NCBI GenBank assembly: GCA_048939245.1
Contig: JBHLPR010000011.1
Location: 1 to 34,417 of the forward strand
From: Promethearchaeota archaeon
GTDB lineage: Archaea > Asgardarchaeota > Hermodarchaeia > Hermodarchaeales > Hermodarchaeaceae
Reading direction: 5' to 3'
Length of the DNA stretch: 34,417 bases
Within the stretch, counting starts at the first letter, position 1. Each line of letters starts with the position of its first letter. Below are positions 1 to 8,659 of this stretch, piece by piece. The translations under genes and the position numbers were made by a program. The notes beneath the pieces are model-generated. The model was not told where the DNA came from, ran no database searches, and worked only from the letters and a program-made list of their open reading frames with translations.

Positions 1-42
1 GGTACATTTGCTGCAATCCTCACTTTGCTCGAAAAAGAGTAA
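1..42 (+). CDS. Possible 3' end of a gene entering from the left edge (GTFAAILTLLEKE*)
   Basis: Frame 1 is open from base 1 to TAA at 40-42 and converges tightly on the Rab-like gene stop at 47. Too short to identify. Confidence 0.35.
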   Translation, partial: GTFAAILTLLEKE

Positions 43-46
43 GGAA

Positions 47-601
47 CTAACTAGTTTGATTTAGAATCAGCCTAGATAACTCCGAGAAGGCGAAATCCAC
101 ATTCGTATCTTCCTTCGCACTAGTCTCGACAAATACCATCGAATGTGCTTCCGCTTTCACCCTCCCATCCCCAAGTGCCACTTTTGCTTTAAGATCGGAT
201 TTATTCGCCACAAGAACTTTGGGAACATCTCCACAAGCCCGTTTAACCTCATTAAGCCAATACTCAACTCGGTTAAAAGACTCCACATTCGATTGATCAT
301 AAACAAGAAGAACCCCCTTTGCCCCTCGATAATACAACTGGCGAATAGGACCAAACCGCTCTTGACCGCCGGTGTCCCACACCTGCATGCGCAATACATT
401 CTCCCCTACAACAATATCTTTAACGTGAAATGCTACTCCTATTGTCAAAATGTATGTCGGATTGAATATTCCTTTTACATAGCGGACGAGGAGACTGGTT
501 TTGCCTACTGCAGCGTCGCCGACGACGACGGCTTTGGCGATGTGGGTGTAGGGACGTTTTGTGACGATTGGTTGGGTGGTGCTTTCGGTTGGAGTGCTCA
601 T
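47..601 (-). CDS. Rab-like small GTPase (Ras superfamily)
   Basis: G1 GDAAVGKT, G2 TIGVAF, G3 WDTGGQE, G4 NKSD, G5 ETSAK. RabF-like motifs RMQVW, YYRGA, LVYD. No C-terminal prenylation Cys. Confidence 0.95.
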   Translation of the reverse strand: MSTPTESTTQPIVTKRPYTHIAKAVVVGDAAVGKTSLLVRYVKGIFNPTYILTIGVAFHVKDIVVGENVLRMQVWDTGGQERFGPIRQLYYRGAKGVLLVYDQSNVESFNRVEYWLNEVKRACGDVPKVLVANKSDLKAKVALGDGRVKAEAHSMVFVETSAKEDTNVDFAFSELSRLILNQTS

Positions 602-1419
602 AGTATTTCCATCACGATTTTTTCGGTTAGGGAGTAGGTTCTAAGACGGTCCTGTTCGGTGTTGATGAGTGGGCTGATGTATTCAAAGACCAGGGAGTGG
701 TAGGTTTGTTTGGGCATAGTTTTGCGGGTAAGTAACATTAACTCATGGAAGATATCAAAAAGAACGTTTCGGAATTTGGTGTAGTTGATTTGTTGGGGAT
801 CAATGGAGTCGTAGGTGACCACGCCAGTTTTATCGATGTAGATGCCGACGAGCTCTGGGATTTTTTTCATGTTAGTGCTGAAGATTTGTTGGATTTCATT
901 GCTATAAGTGCGACGCGAGACATCGGTAAGGAATTGCTGAAGAATGGTGTTGTAAAAGAGGATGAAGACTTCGAAGACATCCATTACCTTGGCAGCCGAA
1001 ACGGTTGTTTCTCCCATCCACCAAGTGAGAACAAGATCGTCGATAAACTCATCAAAACTTTTGAAAAGAGTCGTATTCGTGGTACCGTCTTTATGCAGCT
1101 CGTTGAGTTGTTTCTGGAACATTTTCACGAATTTTTTGTTAAGAATGCCGAGATATTTACGGAACCGTGAAGTGCTTTCACTTACATCGGTTATAAAGAC
1201 GAGGAGGAGACCATTTTTTTCGTCAATTTGAAAGAAGAATCGGCGATCCTTCATATTGACAACGTTGACATGTTGAGCAGCAACTTGTTGTGCCATATGT
1301 TCCATGCTTGCTAGGAATCCAGAGAGGAGGGCACTGTCAACGTCGGACTGTGACCACTTTCTGCTATAGAGTGGAAAGCCTTCTCGTAATCCGACGACAT
1401 AGAAGCTATGCACAGTCAA
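598..1419 (-). CDS. Longin-domain protein with a C-terminal helical domain
   Basis: The N-terminal ~130 aa follow the longin pattern (HSFYVV..G.PLYSR; D..LLSGFL.SM; beta hairpin; LLLVFITD; helix ending F..F..FIDDLV). Its stop overlaps the GTPase start (ATGA, 598-601). Confidence 0.75.
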   Translation of the reverse strand: MTVHSFYVVGLREGFPLYSRKWSQSDVDSALLSGFLASMEHMAQQVAAQHVNVVNMKDRRFFFQIDEKNGLLLVFITDVSESTSRFRKYLGILNKKFVKMFQKQLNELHKDGTTNTTLFKSFDEFIDDLVLTWWMGETTVSAAKVMDVFEVFILFYNTILQQFLTDVSRRTYSNEIQQIFSTNMKKIPELVGIYIDKTGVVTYDSIDPQQINYTKFRNVLFDIFHELMLLTRKTMPKQTYHSLVFEYISPLINTEQDRLRTYSLTEKIVMEIL

Positions 1420-1594
1420 TACCCTAGGACCTCTACACGATTCCCGATTTATCCGAGCGGGTTCAAAGTTCCTCCTTGCACCACGTTACTAAAGTATTGT
1501 GTTCACAACTGATTTGAGAAGAGATTTTATCGGAATTTTGTTGCTGGGTAAAGCTGAATAAGAGAGATGCGGCAGTTTCATTGGGTATACTTTG

Positions 1595-3355
1595 ATGCTG
1601 TCATCATTAATTCAGACCATTGATTTCTGCCAAATAAATCGGCAAGAACACCTTCAACACCTCAAGGACACCATTTGGGATATTCTGATTATTGGGGGTG
1701 GCATCAGTGGTGCTGGAGTTGCTTTGGAAGCAGCGTATCGAGGATTAAAGGTTGCTGTCCTTGAACAGAGGGACTTTGCATTTGGCACATCCAGTCGATC
1801 GACGAAACTAGCACACGGTGGTTTCAGATATATTGGACAGAAAGAGTTTGGTTTAGTCCGAGAAGCGACCACCGAACGGAACTGGCTTCGGGATAAAGGA
1901 TTACCGCACCTGACCCAACCAACCCGTTTTCTGTATCCCATATTTTCTGCAGGGAAAGTGGATGACCAAGAATTAGAGAAAAGTTGGGGATATTGGACCA
2001 TCAGATTAGGTGCCTTTTTGTATGATTTACTTAGCGGTTTTAGAAATTACAAGAGAGGAAAGGGCATTAAAGATGTGGAAAAAATCAAGGCACTTGAACC
2101 TCTATTAGAAACTTCGCGTCTAAAAGGTGCAATCACTTGGTTTGATTCGAACATCGACGATGCACGTTTAGTTATTGAAACCCTCAAAGAAGCAGTATGG
2201 ACGAAGAATACCCTCCCAATGAATTATATCCGCGTTGTTGGAATTTCCCACGATTCTGAGGGACTGATAAATGGTGTTGATGCAATTGACGTTAATGACC
2301 CCAACGCTTCGAAGTTTCGTGTGAGAGGAAAGGTAGTTGTCAATACGGCAGGGGTTTGGGCAGATGAAGTTCTTAGATTAAATGATGAAGCAAAGGAGAA
2401 CGTAATTCGTCCTACGAAAGGGGTTCACTTAACTTATCATCGAAAGGATTTCCCTATCAACGATACGATCGCTGTGAATTCAATTGATGACGGGCGATTC
2501 TTCTTTGCGATCCGCCGGAACGAATGGGTGCTTGTGGGCACAACAGATACCGATTATTCAGGAGATCCAGCAAAAACCTATTGCACTCGTGAGGACGCAG
2601 ATTACCTACGGAATACACTTGGCATTCTGTTTCCTAAGGCAAAAATTGATGACAAACACATTCATGGAACATATGCGGGTCTTCGCCCTTTAGTCGCTGA
2701 GACGGGAAAGGCAGAAAGTGATGTATCCCGAAATCATACTGTACTAAAACGAGATGATGGACTCTACAGCCTGCTTGGAGGGAAACTAACCTCTTTCCGC
2801 AAAATGGCAGAGGACCTGGTAGTTAATCATATTCGAAAAGGACGAGCAGTTCATGATTTACCTAAATTTTCAGGAAAGAAAAACCTCACCAAAATTGCTT
2901 ATGCTATCAGCCTCTCAGAAAAGGAATGGGGATCACTTCCTGAAGTAATTAATTCTAAACTACCTCCGGTTATCCTTCGACACCTCTATCAACAATATGG
3001 ACGGGGTGGAAGTACCATCCTTGGTGAAGTAGAAAAGCATCCGGAGCGGGGAAATCGGTTATTAGATGTCCCGGAATATCCCGTTGAAGTAGCACCCTGG
3101 ATAGAAGCTGAAGTAGATTATGTAGTCCGTCATGAAGCGCCGCTTCATTTAGAAGATGTTCTTTGTCGGCGTATGGAGATAAGTTGGTTAGTCCGCCCGG
3201 AATTCCAGGGCAAGATTGCAAAGAGGGCAGCAAACCGAATGGCAGCAATCCTAGGCTGGCCTACCAAAACTAAGAAGACAGAAATTGCGCGCTATTTAGA
3301 GAATATTCGAAAGAACAGCTTCTTTTTTGAAGGAGAGATTCCAGTTCCTTTATAA
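1595..3355 (+). CDS. glpD: FAD-dependent glycerol-3-phosphate dehydrogenase/oxidase
   Basis: DILIIGGGISG, GTSSRSTKLAHGGFRY, DDARL, RPTKGVH, GTTD, YAGLRPL, GGKLTSFRKMAE, LEDVLCRR. The start is ATG 1595 or TTG 1592. Confidence 0.9.
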   Translation: MLSSLIQTIDFCQINRQEHLQHLKDTIWDILIIGGGISGAGVALEAAYRGLKVAVLEQRDFAFGTSSRSTKLAHGGFRYIGQKEFGLVREATTERNWLRDKGLPHLTQPTRFLYPIFSAGKVDDQELEKSWGYWTIRLGAFLYDLLSGFRNYKRGKGIKDVEKIKALEPLLETSRLKGAITWFDSNIDDARLVIETLKEAVWTKNTLPMNYIRVVGISHDSEGLINGVDAIDVNDPNASKFRVRGKVVVNTAGVWADEVLRLNDEAKENVIRPTKGVHLTYHRKDFPINDTIAVNSIDDGRFFFAIRRNEWVLVGTTDTDYSGDPAKTYCTREDADYLRNTLGILFPKAKIDDKHIHGTYAGLRPLVAETGKAESDVSRNHTVLKRDDGLYSLLGGKLTSFRKMAEDLVVNHIRKGRAVHDLPKFSGKKNLTKIAYAISLSEKEWGSLPEVINSKLPPVILRHLYQQYGRGGSTILGEVEKHPERGNRLLDVPEYPVEVAPWIEAEVDYVVRHEAPLHLEDVLCRRMEISWLVRPEFQGKIAKRAANRMAAILGWPTKTKKTEIARYLENIRKNSFFFEGEIPVPL

Positions 3356-3430
3356 TCTAAGCACAAAACTTCAATTTTTCCTTACCCCACAACTTTTTGA
3401 GCCTAAGACGAGGACCTAAACAAGGGTTCC

Positions 3431-4024
3431 TTGATAATGACGTCACGGTCCTGGCTTCGCACGGATAGAACATGGATTCTCGTCACAATCATTCTCTTTA
3501 TTTTAGCATTTAGCGCACATATTTGGATTCAATTTACAGGTGGGTATAGTGCAGGTTCCTATCTCGATATGATTCCCCACTTTCTCTTTGGAGCAGCAAT
3601 TTGCGCTTTTCTTCTAAATTTTAATCTAGCACAATCATGGAAGAAGGCGCTCCCGCTTATCCCGCCGCTGCTCCTAATAATCCTACCAGCAATTCTATAC
3701 ACGCTTGCAGCAGCATTTGCCTGGGAAATCTATGAAGAATTCCTTTCCATCTTTTTTCCATGGCTTGGTGTTTACTCCAATTTTTGGTGGAATGGCGTCC
3801 GTGATATCATCATGGGGCTCCTCGGCGCTACACTTTTCGCCGGATTGTACCTTCGGCACTTCCCAACACTCATAGAGAAACAAGATGCACTTGTAAGTAC
3901 AAAGCCAAAGACCCGTGAAGTCCAATACATTCCTGGAAAATCATCGATGCAATATTGTGAAAACTGCGGATCAGTAATTGAGCCAGGTTCGAATCATTGT
4001 AGTCATTGTGGCCATAAGCTCTAA
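3431..4024 (+). CDS. Four-TM membrane protein (DUF2238/VanZ-like) with a C-terminal zinc ribbon
   Basis: Hydrophobic helices carry D..pHfl.G, WEIYE and RD motifs. The C-terminus is CENC-x10-CSHC. Confidence 0.65.
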   Translation: MIMTSRSWLRTDRTWILVTIILFILAFSAHIWIQFTGGYSAGSYLDMIPHFLFGAAICAFLLNFNLAQSWKKALPLIPPLLLIILPAILYTLAAAFAWEIYEEFLSIFFPWLGVYSNFWWNGVRDIIMGLLGATLFAGLYLRHFPTLIEKQDALVSTKPKTREVQYIPGKSSMQYCENCGSVIEPGSNHCSHCGHKL

Positions 4025-4162
4025 GCCAGTCATGTTAGCGAGCTCTAAAAAACCCAAAGTTATACAAAGGTTGACGTTAATTGAACACAAACTGCATAAA
4101 CGAGAACCTTAAGGACTAAAGCAAAGAAAGGCTTGACCAAAGTAATCCCGGGGTATAGGACA

Positions 4163-5260
4163 ATGATAGCTGAAGACGTGTATGAAAAATTGCGAGAACA
4201 CCTCAATGATCTTCCTGTTGGGTTTCCCAAAACCAAGTCAGGAGTAGAAATTCGCATTCTTAAACGACTTTTTACTGAAGAAGAAGCTGAAATGGCGATG
4301 CACCTGACATACATTCCCGAAACCATTGAACAAATTGCTCAAAGGACCAATCAAAATCCCAAGGAAATCACACCGTTATTGGAGCGTTTGGCTGATAAGG
4401 GTCTAATTTTCCGCTCACACAAAGCAGGAATTACACAATATCGTGCCGAATGGTTTGCGGTTGGTATCTACGAGCATCAAGTCAACAATATGACCAAGGA
4501 ACTGGCAGAGGATTTAGAACAGTATATGGAGGAGGGGTTGCGAGATGAGCTAATTGCTTCCGCTGATCCTCCACAACTCCGAGTAATACCAGTAGTTGCA
4601 AGTCTCTCACCTTCAATGGGTGTTCTCCCCCATGAAGACGCCCGAGAGATTGTTAAAAAACAAAGTAAAATCGCGGTTGCACCCTGTATCTGTAAGCGCC
4701 AAAAAGAGGCTTTAGGCGAGAAATGTGATAAACCGGAAGAAGTTTGCATGATCTTTTCAACCGGCGCTTACTATTATATTGAAAATGGATACGGACGCGA
4801 AATCTCGGTAGATGAAGCTCTCAAAATACTTGACCTAGCACATGACGCCGGCTTAGTGTGTAGTCCAAGTAATGATCAAAAGGGCTTTGTGATTTGCAAC
4901 TGCTGTGGCTGTCATTGTGAAATTTTGGCCAACCTGAAGAAACTGCCCCACCCAGCAAAACTTGTTGCCAGCAATTATTATACGGAAGTCGATGTTGATA
5001 GCTGTTCAGGGTGCGAAACATGCTTAGATCGCTGTCAGATGGATGCAATTTCTATGGAAAACGGTGTAGCACAAATTGACTTGAATTACTGTATTGGATG
5101 TGGGTTATGCGTCACCACCTGCCCCTCAGAAGCTTTGAGTTTGAAACGAAAAGATGAATCTGAAGTGGCAGTTCCACCTGCGAATGCCTTTGAGCTTTAC
5201 CGCGAAATTGGTGAAAAACGATTACAACGGAGAGCCAGTTCAACAAATCAGATTGTATAA
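4163..5260 (+). CDS. Multi-[4Fe-4S] protein with an N-terminal winged-helix-like region
   Basis: PCIC, ICNCCGCHC, and C-terminal CSGCETCLDRC and CIGCGLCVTTCP ferredoxin motifs. ATG 4163 is preferred over TTG 4133. Confidence 0.8.
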   Translation: MIAEDVYEKLREHLNDLPVGFPKTKSGVEIRILKRLFTEEEAEMAMHLTYIPETIEQIAQRTNQNPKEITPLLERLADKGLIFRSHKAGITQYRAEWFAVGIYEHQVNNMTKELAEDLEQYMEEGLRDELIASADPPQLRVIPVVASLSPSMGVLPHEDAREIVKKQSKIAVAPCICKRQKEALGEKCDKPEEVCMIFSTGAYYYIENGYGREISVDEALKILDLAHDAGLVCSPSNDQKGFVICNCCGCHCEILANLKKLPHPAKLVASNYYTEVDVDSCSGCETCLDRCQMDAISMENGVAQIDLNYCIGCGLCVTTCPSEALSLKRKDESEVAVPPANAFELYREIGEKRLQRRASSTNQIV

Positions 5261-5302
5261 AAAAGGAAGAAGGAAACCCTCCCCGCAATCGGGAGAGTTC
5301 CT
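5257..5302 (-). terminator. Hairpin plus U-tract terminator for the acyl-CoA ligase gene
   Basis: The minus strand reads AGGAACUCUCCCG-AUUG-CGGGGAGGGUUUCCU followed by UCUUCCUUUUUU, between convergent genes. Confidence 0.6.
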
Positions 5303-5310
5303 CATAATGT

Positions 5311-7050
5311 CTATTTGTTTAATTCTTCGTTACGAAGAACACGTCGGAGGACTTTACCCACGGAAGATGTTGGCAGTGAGTCACGAAACTCGATAACCCT
5401 GGGTCGCTTATACCCAGCCATGCGTTCCTTTGCCCATGCCATAATCTCCTCTGCAGTTGCTGTTTGGCCAGGGGCTAAAACGATATAGGCCTTCACTGTC
5501 TCATTCGTCGGGTCATCCTCACGCGGTATGCCAATCACAGCCGCCATCTGAATCTTTGGATTTTCAGTCAACACCTCTTCTATCTCAGCAGGATATGCTT
5601 TGAAGCCAGAAACGTTAATCATGTCTTTCTTGCGGTCAGTGATATGGAGATAACCTTCTTTGTCAAAATGTCCGATGTCACCTGTAAGGAAGAAGCGTTC
5701 ACCAGCTATAGTGCGCATCACGTCTTTCGTAGCGTCAGGTTTCTCCCAATAACCTTTCATGACCTGTGGTCCTGAAATGGCAACTTCACCGTCTTCACCG
5801 ATTTTCTTTTCTTTTTTGCCAGTTTCGATGTCTAAGATTTTAATTACTGTATCAGATATAGGGAAGCCGACGGATCCGAATTTGCGGGTGCTTAATCGAG
5901 AGGGATCGGCACTAGCGAGTGGAGAGGTCTCCGTTAGACCATAACCCTCGAACAGAACAGCACCGGAGGCCGCTTCGAACGCCTTGGCAGTTGCGGGTGG
6001 TAGGGGTGCAGCACCAGAACCGCAAGCTTTGAGACTGCTAAGATCATACTTGCTGATATTGGGATGGTAGGCCATTCCTGCATAGAGCGTGGGAACAGCG
6101 TGGAGGAGCGTACCTTTGTTATCTTGGGTTTCTTTGAGCAGTTCCGAAAGGGGAGGTTTACCGGCGCGGGGGTCAGGTATACAGACACAGGCACTTTGGT
6201 GGTAAACCGCAGCGATCATGGTGAGAGTAAGTCCATAGCTGTGATACCAAGGAAGGGCACCTATGTAGACCTCGTTACCGCAATCAAGTGGTCTAGCTTC
6301 GCCACCTCCTTTGGGTTCGAGTTTTACCCATTCATCGTATTGAAGTACATTAGCATAGAGGTTATGATGTGTGAGCATGGCACCCTTGGGAACGCCGGTT
6401 GTTCCTCCAGTGTAAAGGATAAGGGCAAGATCGTCTTGAGGTTTAATTGTAACCTTGGGAGGGTTAGGTTCGTAGTTTTCCATGATATCGCGATAGAACG
6501 TTGTAATCTCGTCTTTGTAGACTTTACTCTTAGGAATTTTTCCCAAAAGTCCTCCAAGAATCGCTTTGACTTTGGGAAGGAAAGGTTTGATGTTGCAGAC
6601 GATGAGGTCTGTGCATTTAGTACCTTTCATTGCTTCATAGGCTATTGGAACGAACACTGGGTGGTCAAAGACAAATAGTGCTTTTGCGCCAGAATCTTTG
6701 AGTTGATGGTTAAGCTCAAGAGCCTTATACTGAGGATTACAGGTAACGGCGGTTGCGCCTGCTTTGAGAATACCGAAAAAGGCTGGTGGATATTGAGGGA
6801 CATTGGGCATGAAGATGGCGATGTGATCACCTTTTTTGATGCCTTTACTGTGAAGGAAATTCGCAATGCGGTTGGCGCTTTCTAAAACTTGGGAAAATGT
6901 TTGAGAGACGCCGGAGTAGACTGTGTATGGTCTGTCACCGCTTTCTTTAGCTGCTTTATCAAGGATTGCGAAGAGAGGTTCTTCGGGGTATTTGAGGGTT
7001 TTTTTGACCTCTTTGGGCCAGTTATGTTTGTGCCAGAGCATTTCTTTCAT
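5311..7050 (-). CDS. fadD: Long-chain fatty-acid--CoA ligase (AMP-forming)
   Basis: YTGGTTGVPKG, EGYGLTE, GPQVMKGYW, TGDIG, DRKKDMI, GKVLRR. Confidence 0.9.
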   Translation of the reverse strand: MKEMLWHKHNWPKEVKKTLKYPEEPLFAILDKAAKESGDRPYTVYSGVSQTFSQVLESANRIANFLHSKGIKKGDHIAIFMPNVPQYPPAFFGILKAGATAVTCNPQYKALELNHQLKDSGAKALFVFDHPVFVPIAYEAMKGTKCTDLIVCNIKPFLPKVKAILGGLLGKIPKSKVYKDEITTFYRDIMENYEPNPPKVTIKPQDDLALILYTGGTTGVPKGAMLTHHNLYANVLQYDEWVKLEPKGGGEARPLDCGNEVYIGALPWYHSYGLTLTMIAAVYHQSACVCIPDPRAGKPPLSELLKETQDNKGTLLHAVPTLYAGMAYHPNISKYDLSSLKACGSGAAPLPPATAKAFEAASGAVLFEGYGLTETSPLASADPSRLSTRKFGSVGFPISDTVIKILDIETGKKEKKIGEDGEVAISGPQVMKGYWEKPDATKDVMRTIAGERFFLTGDIGHFDKEGYLHITDRKKDMINVSGFKAYPAEIEEVLTENPKIQMAAVIGIPREDDPTNETVKAYIVLAPGQTATAEEIMAWAKERMAGYKRPRVIEFRDSLPTSSVGKVLRRVLRNEELNK

Positions 7051-7313
7051 TTGTCGTCCTACACTCCATTGGAGTCGTTTGTAGTAGTAAATACTAAGTA
7101 GCGGGTATTGTGTGGTTCTAGTTGAATTACCTTTTGGCGCAGTCAGAAAAAGGCGACTAAAATCATTAAGGTCATTCAGTGTTTAGCGGATTATTCTCGA
7201 TGGATTAATATGCCCATTTTAGTTGAACTTGGAACTCGTAAGTCTGATGTTTCATAATCGCCGATTTGGCGTAAATTTCTTGAAAAAAGAAGAGTCAGAT
7301 CTGAGCGATATGC

Positions 7314-8366
7314 TCAGACCTCAACTTTTAGACCGAGTTCACGGACGAGTTCTTTATAGCGATTTCGTACGGTCACTTCGGTAACTCGGCTTATTTCAGC
7401 AATTTCACGTTGAGTGCGTCGTTCGCCCTCTTGAATTGAGGCGATATAAAGACTAGCCGCTGCAAGACCGGTGGGATCTTTACCGGCTGTGATTCCTTTG
7501 GAACGGGCTTTATCCACTATCTCTGCCGCTGTGTGTTGGACATCTCCACTTAGTTCTAATGCTTGAGCAAAGCGTGGGATGAAATCAGTAGGAGAGGCGA
7601 TTGGGATTCGCACTTCAAGTTCTCTTAGTAGGAGCCGATAACAACGCCCTAGTTCCTTACGGCTGATTCGACTGTGATGAGCAATTTCATCGAGGGTTCG
7701 TGGGACCTGGCGGAGCCGACAAGCTGCGTAAACACAGGAAGCAATCATTGCTTCAATACTTCGACCCCTAATTAGGTGATGTTCAATGGCACGACGATAA
7801 AGGATAGCTGCTGCTTCTTTGACTGGCCTAGGAACGCCAAGTTGGCTGGTTAACCGGTCTAGTTCACTCATTGCATAAGCAAGATTTCGATCTATGCTTG
7901 AATGTACCCGGGTTCGGATTTGCCATTTTCGGAGCCGGTAAATCTGTGCTCGTCGGCTAGGTGCTAATTTCTTTCCATAGGCGTCGCGATTTCGCCAGTC
8001 AATCATGGTGCTAAGGCCCTTATCATGTACCGTGTAGGTCATAGGGCTTCCCACTCGGCTGCGTTTGTCACGTTCTTCCGAGGTAAAAGCACGCCATTCA
8101 GGCCCTTGATCGACCATATGGGCGTCAAGTACAAGTCCACAATTTCGACAGATTATTTCTCCACGAGTAGTATCGCGGATTACCTCCTGCCCACTGCAAT
8201 CAGGGCATCGGGTAATTTGTTGAGGGGTTTCAGGCGGACTGGCCCGTAGTTTTTCTTCTACAAAAGGAGCTTCTTCAACCATTACTCTTTCGACCTTCTT
8301 TCTCCGATGAAGAGGGGACGGGGGCATTGAGAGAGTCTGCTCTCTTAGAGCATCGTCCCAGTCCAT
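7314..8366 (-). CDS. tfb: Transcription initiation factor IIB
   Basis: Zn ribbon CPDC..CRNC, B-reader GPEWRAF, HDKGLST, RLRKWQ, two cyclin repeats (GRS, GKDP, EVTVRNRYKEL). The start is ATG 8366 or TTG 8381. Confidence 0.97.
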   Translation of the reverse strand: MDWDDALREQTLSMPPSPLHRRKKVERVMVEEAPFVEEKLRASPPETPQQITRCPDCSGQEVIRDTTRGEIICRNCGLVLDAHMVDQGPEWRAFTSEERDKRSRVGSPMTYTVHDKGLSTMIDWRNRDAYGKKLAPSRRAQIYRLRKWQIRTRVHSSIDRNLAYAMSELDRLTSQLGVPRPVKEAAAILYRRAIEHHLIRGRSIEAMIASCVYAACRLRQVPRTLDEIAHHSRISRKELGRCYRLLLRELEVRIPIASPTDFIPRFAQALELSGDVQHTAAEIVDKARSKGITAGKDPTGLAAASLYIASIQEGERRTQREIAEISRVTEVTVRNRYKELVRELGLKVEV

Positions 8367-8466
8367 TGTTGAATGTTTCAAGCCGTTTTTTCCATCACTC
8401 GCTGGTTGTGACGGAAATAGATGCTATCAAGTTGTGTATTTGTGGTATTTTTCCCCGCGTGGTATT

Positions 8467-8488
8467 GCGAAACCTTTATAAGGTTCGC
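8467..8488. promoter_or_regulatory. Near-palindromic BRE-TATA element upstream of tfb, readable on both strands
   Basis: GCGAAACCTTTATAAGGTTCGC. The minus strand reads GCGAA-CC-TTATAAA toward tfb; the plus strand reads CGAAA-CC-TTTATAA. Confidence 0.65.
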
Positions 8489-8659
8489 CAGTAGGGAACC
8501 GGTTTCCAATCTTTTAAATCTTTCTTCAAGCATATGTGTAAACATAATAATGTTAATGATAGCTTTACACATATCTTTGTATTACCCGACTAAAATCCGT
8601 TTTTCTAAGGACTTTTCATGATTTGAAAAAATGGATGAAAAAAATCTTATTTTCGAGGA

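Noticed and set aside
143-1231. Plus-strand ORFs opposite the GTPase and longin genes, and similar shadow ORFs throughout (e.g. 6064-6678, 13882-14382, 17051-17539)
   Set aside because: They are antisense or alternate-frame shadows of well-supported genes and carry no motifs.
5271-5302. SECIS element after the Fe-S protein gene
   Set aside because: Neither flanking gene has an in-frame UGA, and the hairpin is followed by a U-tract, which fits a terminator.
7152-7262. Second structured RNA between tfb and fadD (GGCGAUUA...UAGUCGCC could pair on the minus strand)
   Set aside because: No convincing C/D boxes, rRNA complement or internal stems. An 8-bp match with a G-U pair can arise by chance.
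8378-8572. 64-aa ORF, or a MEKTA* mini-ORF that could join tfb by frameshift at an A6 run
   Set aside because: The long ORF crosses the TATA element and looks non-coding. There is no canonical slippery heptamer, and tfb has its own in-frame ATG.
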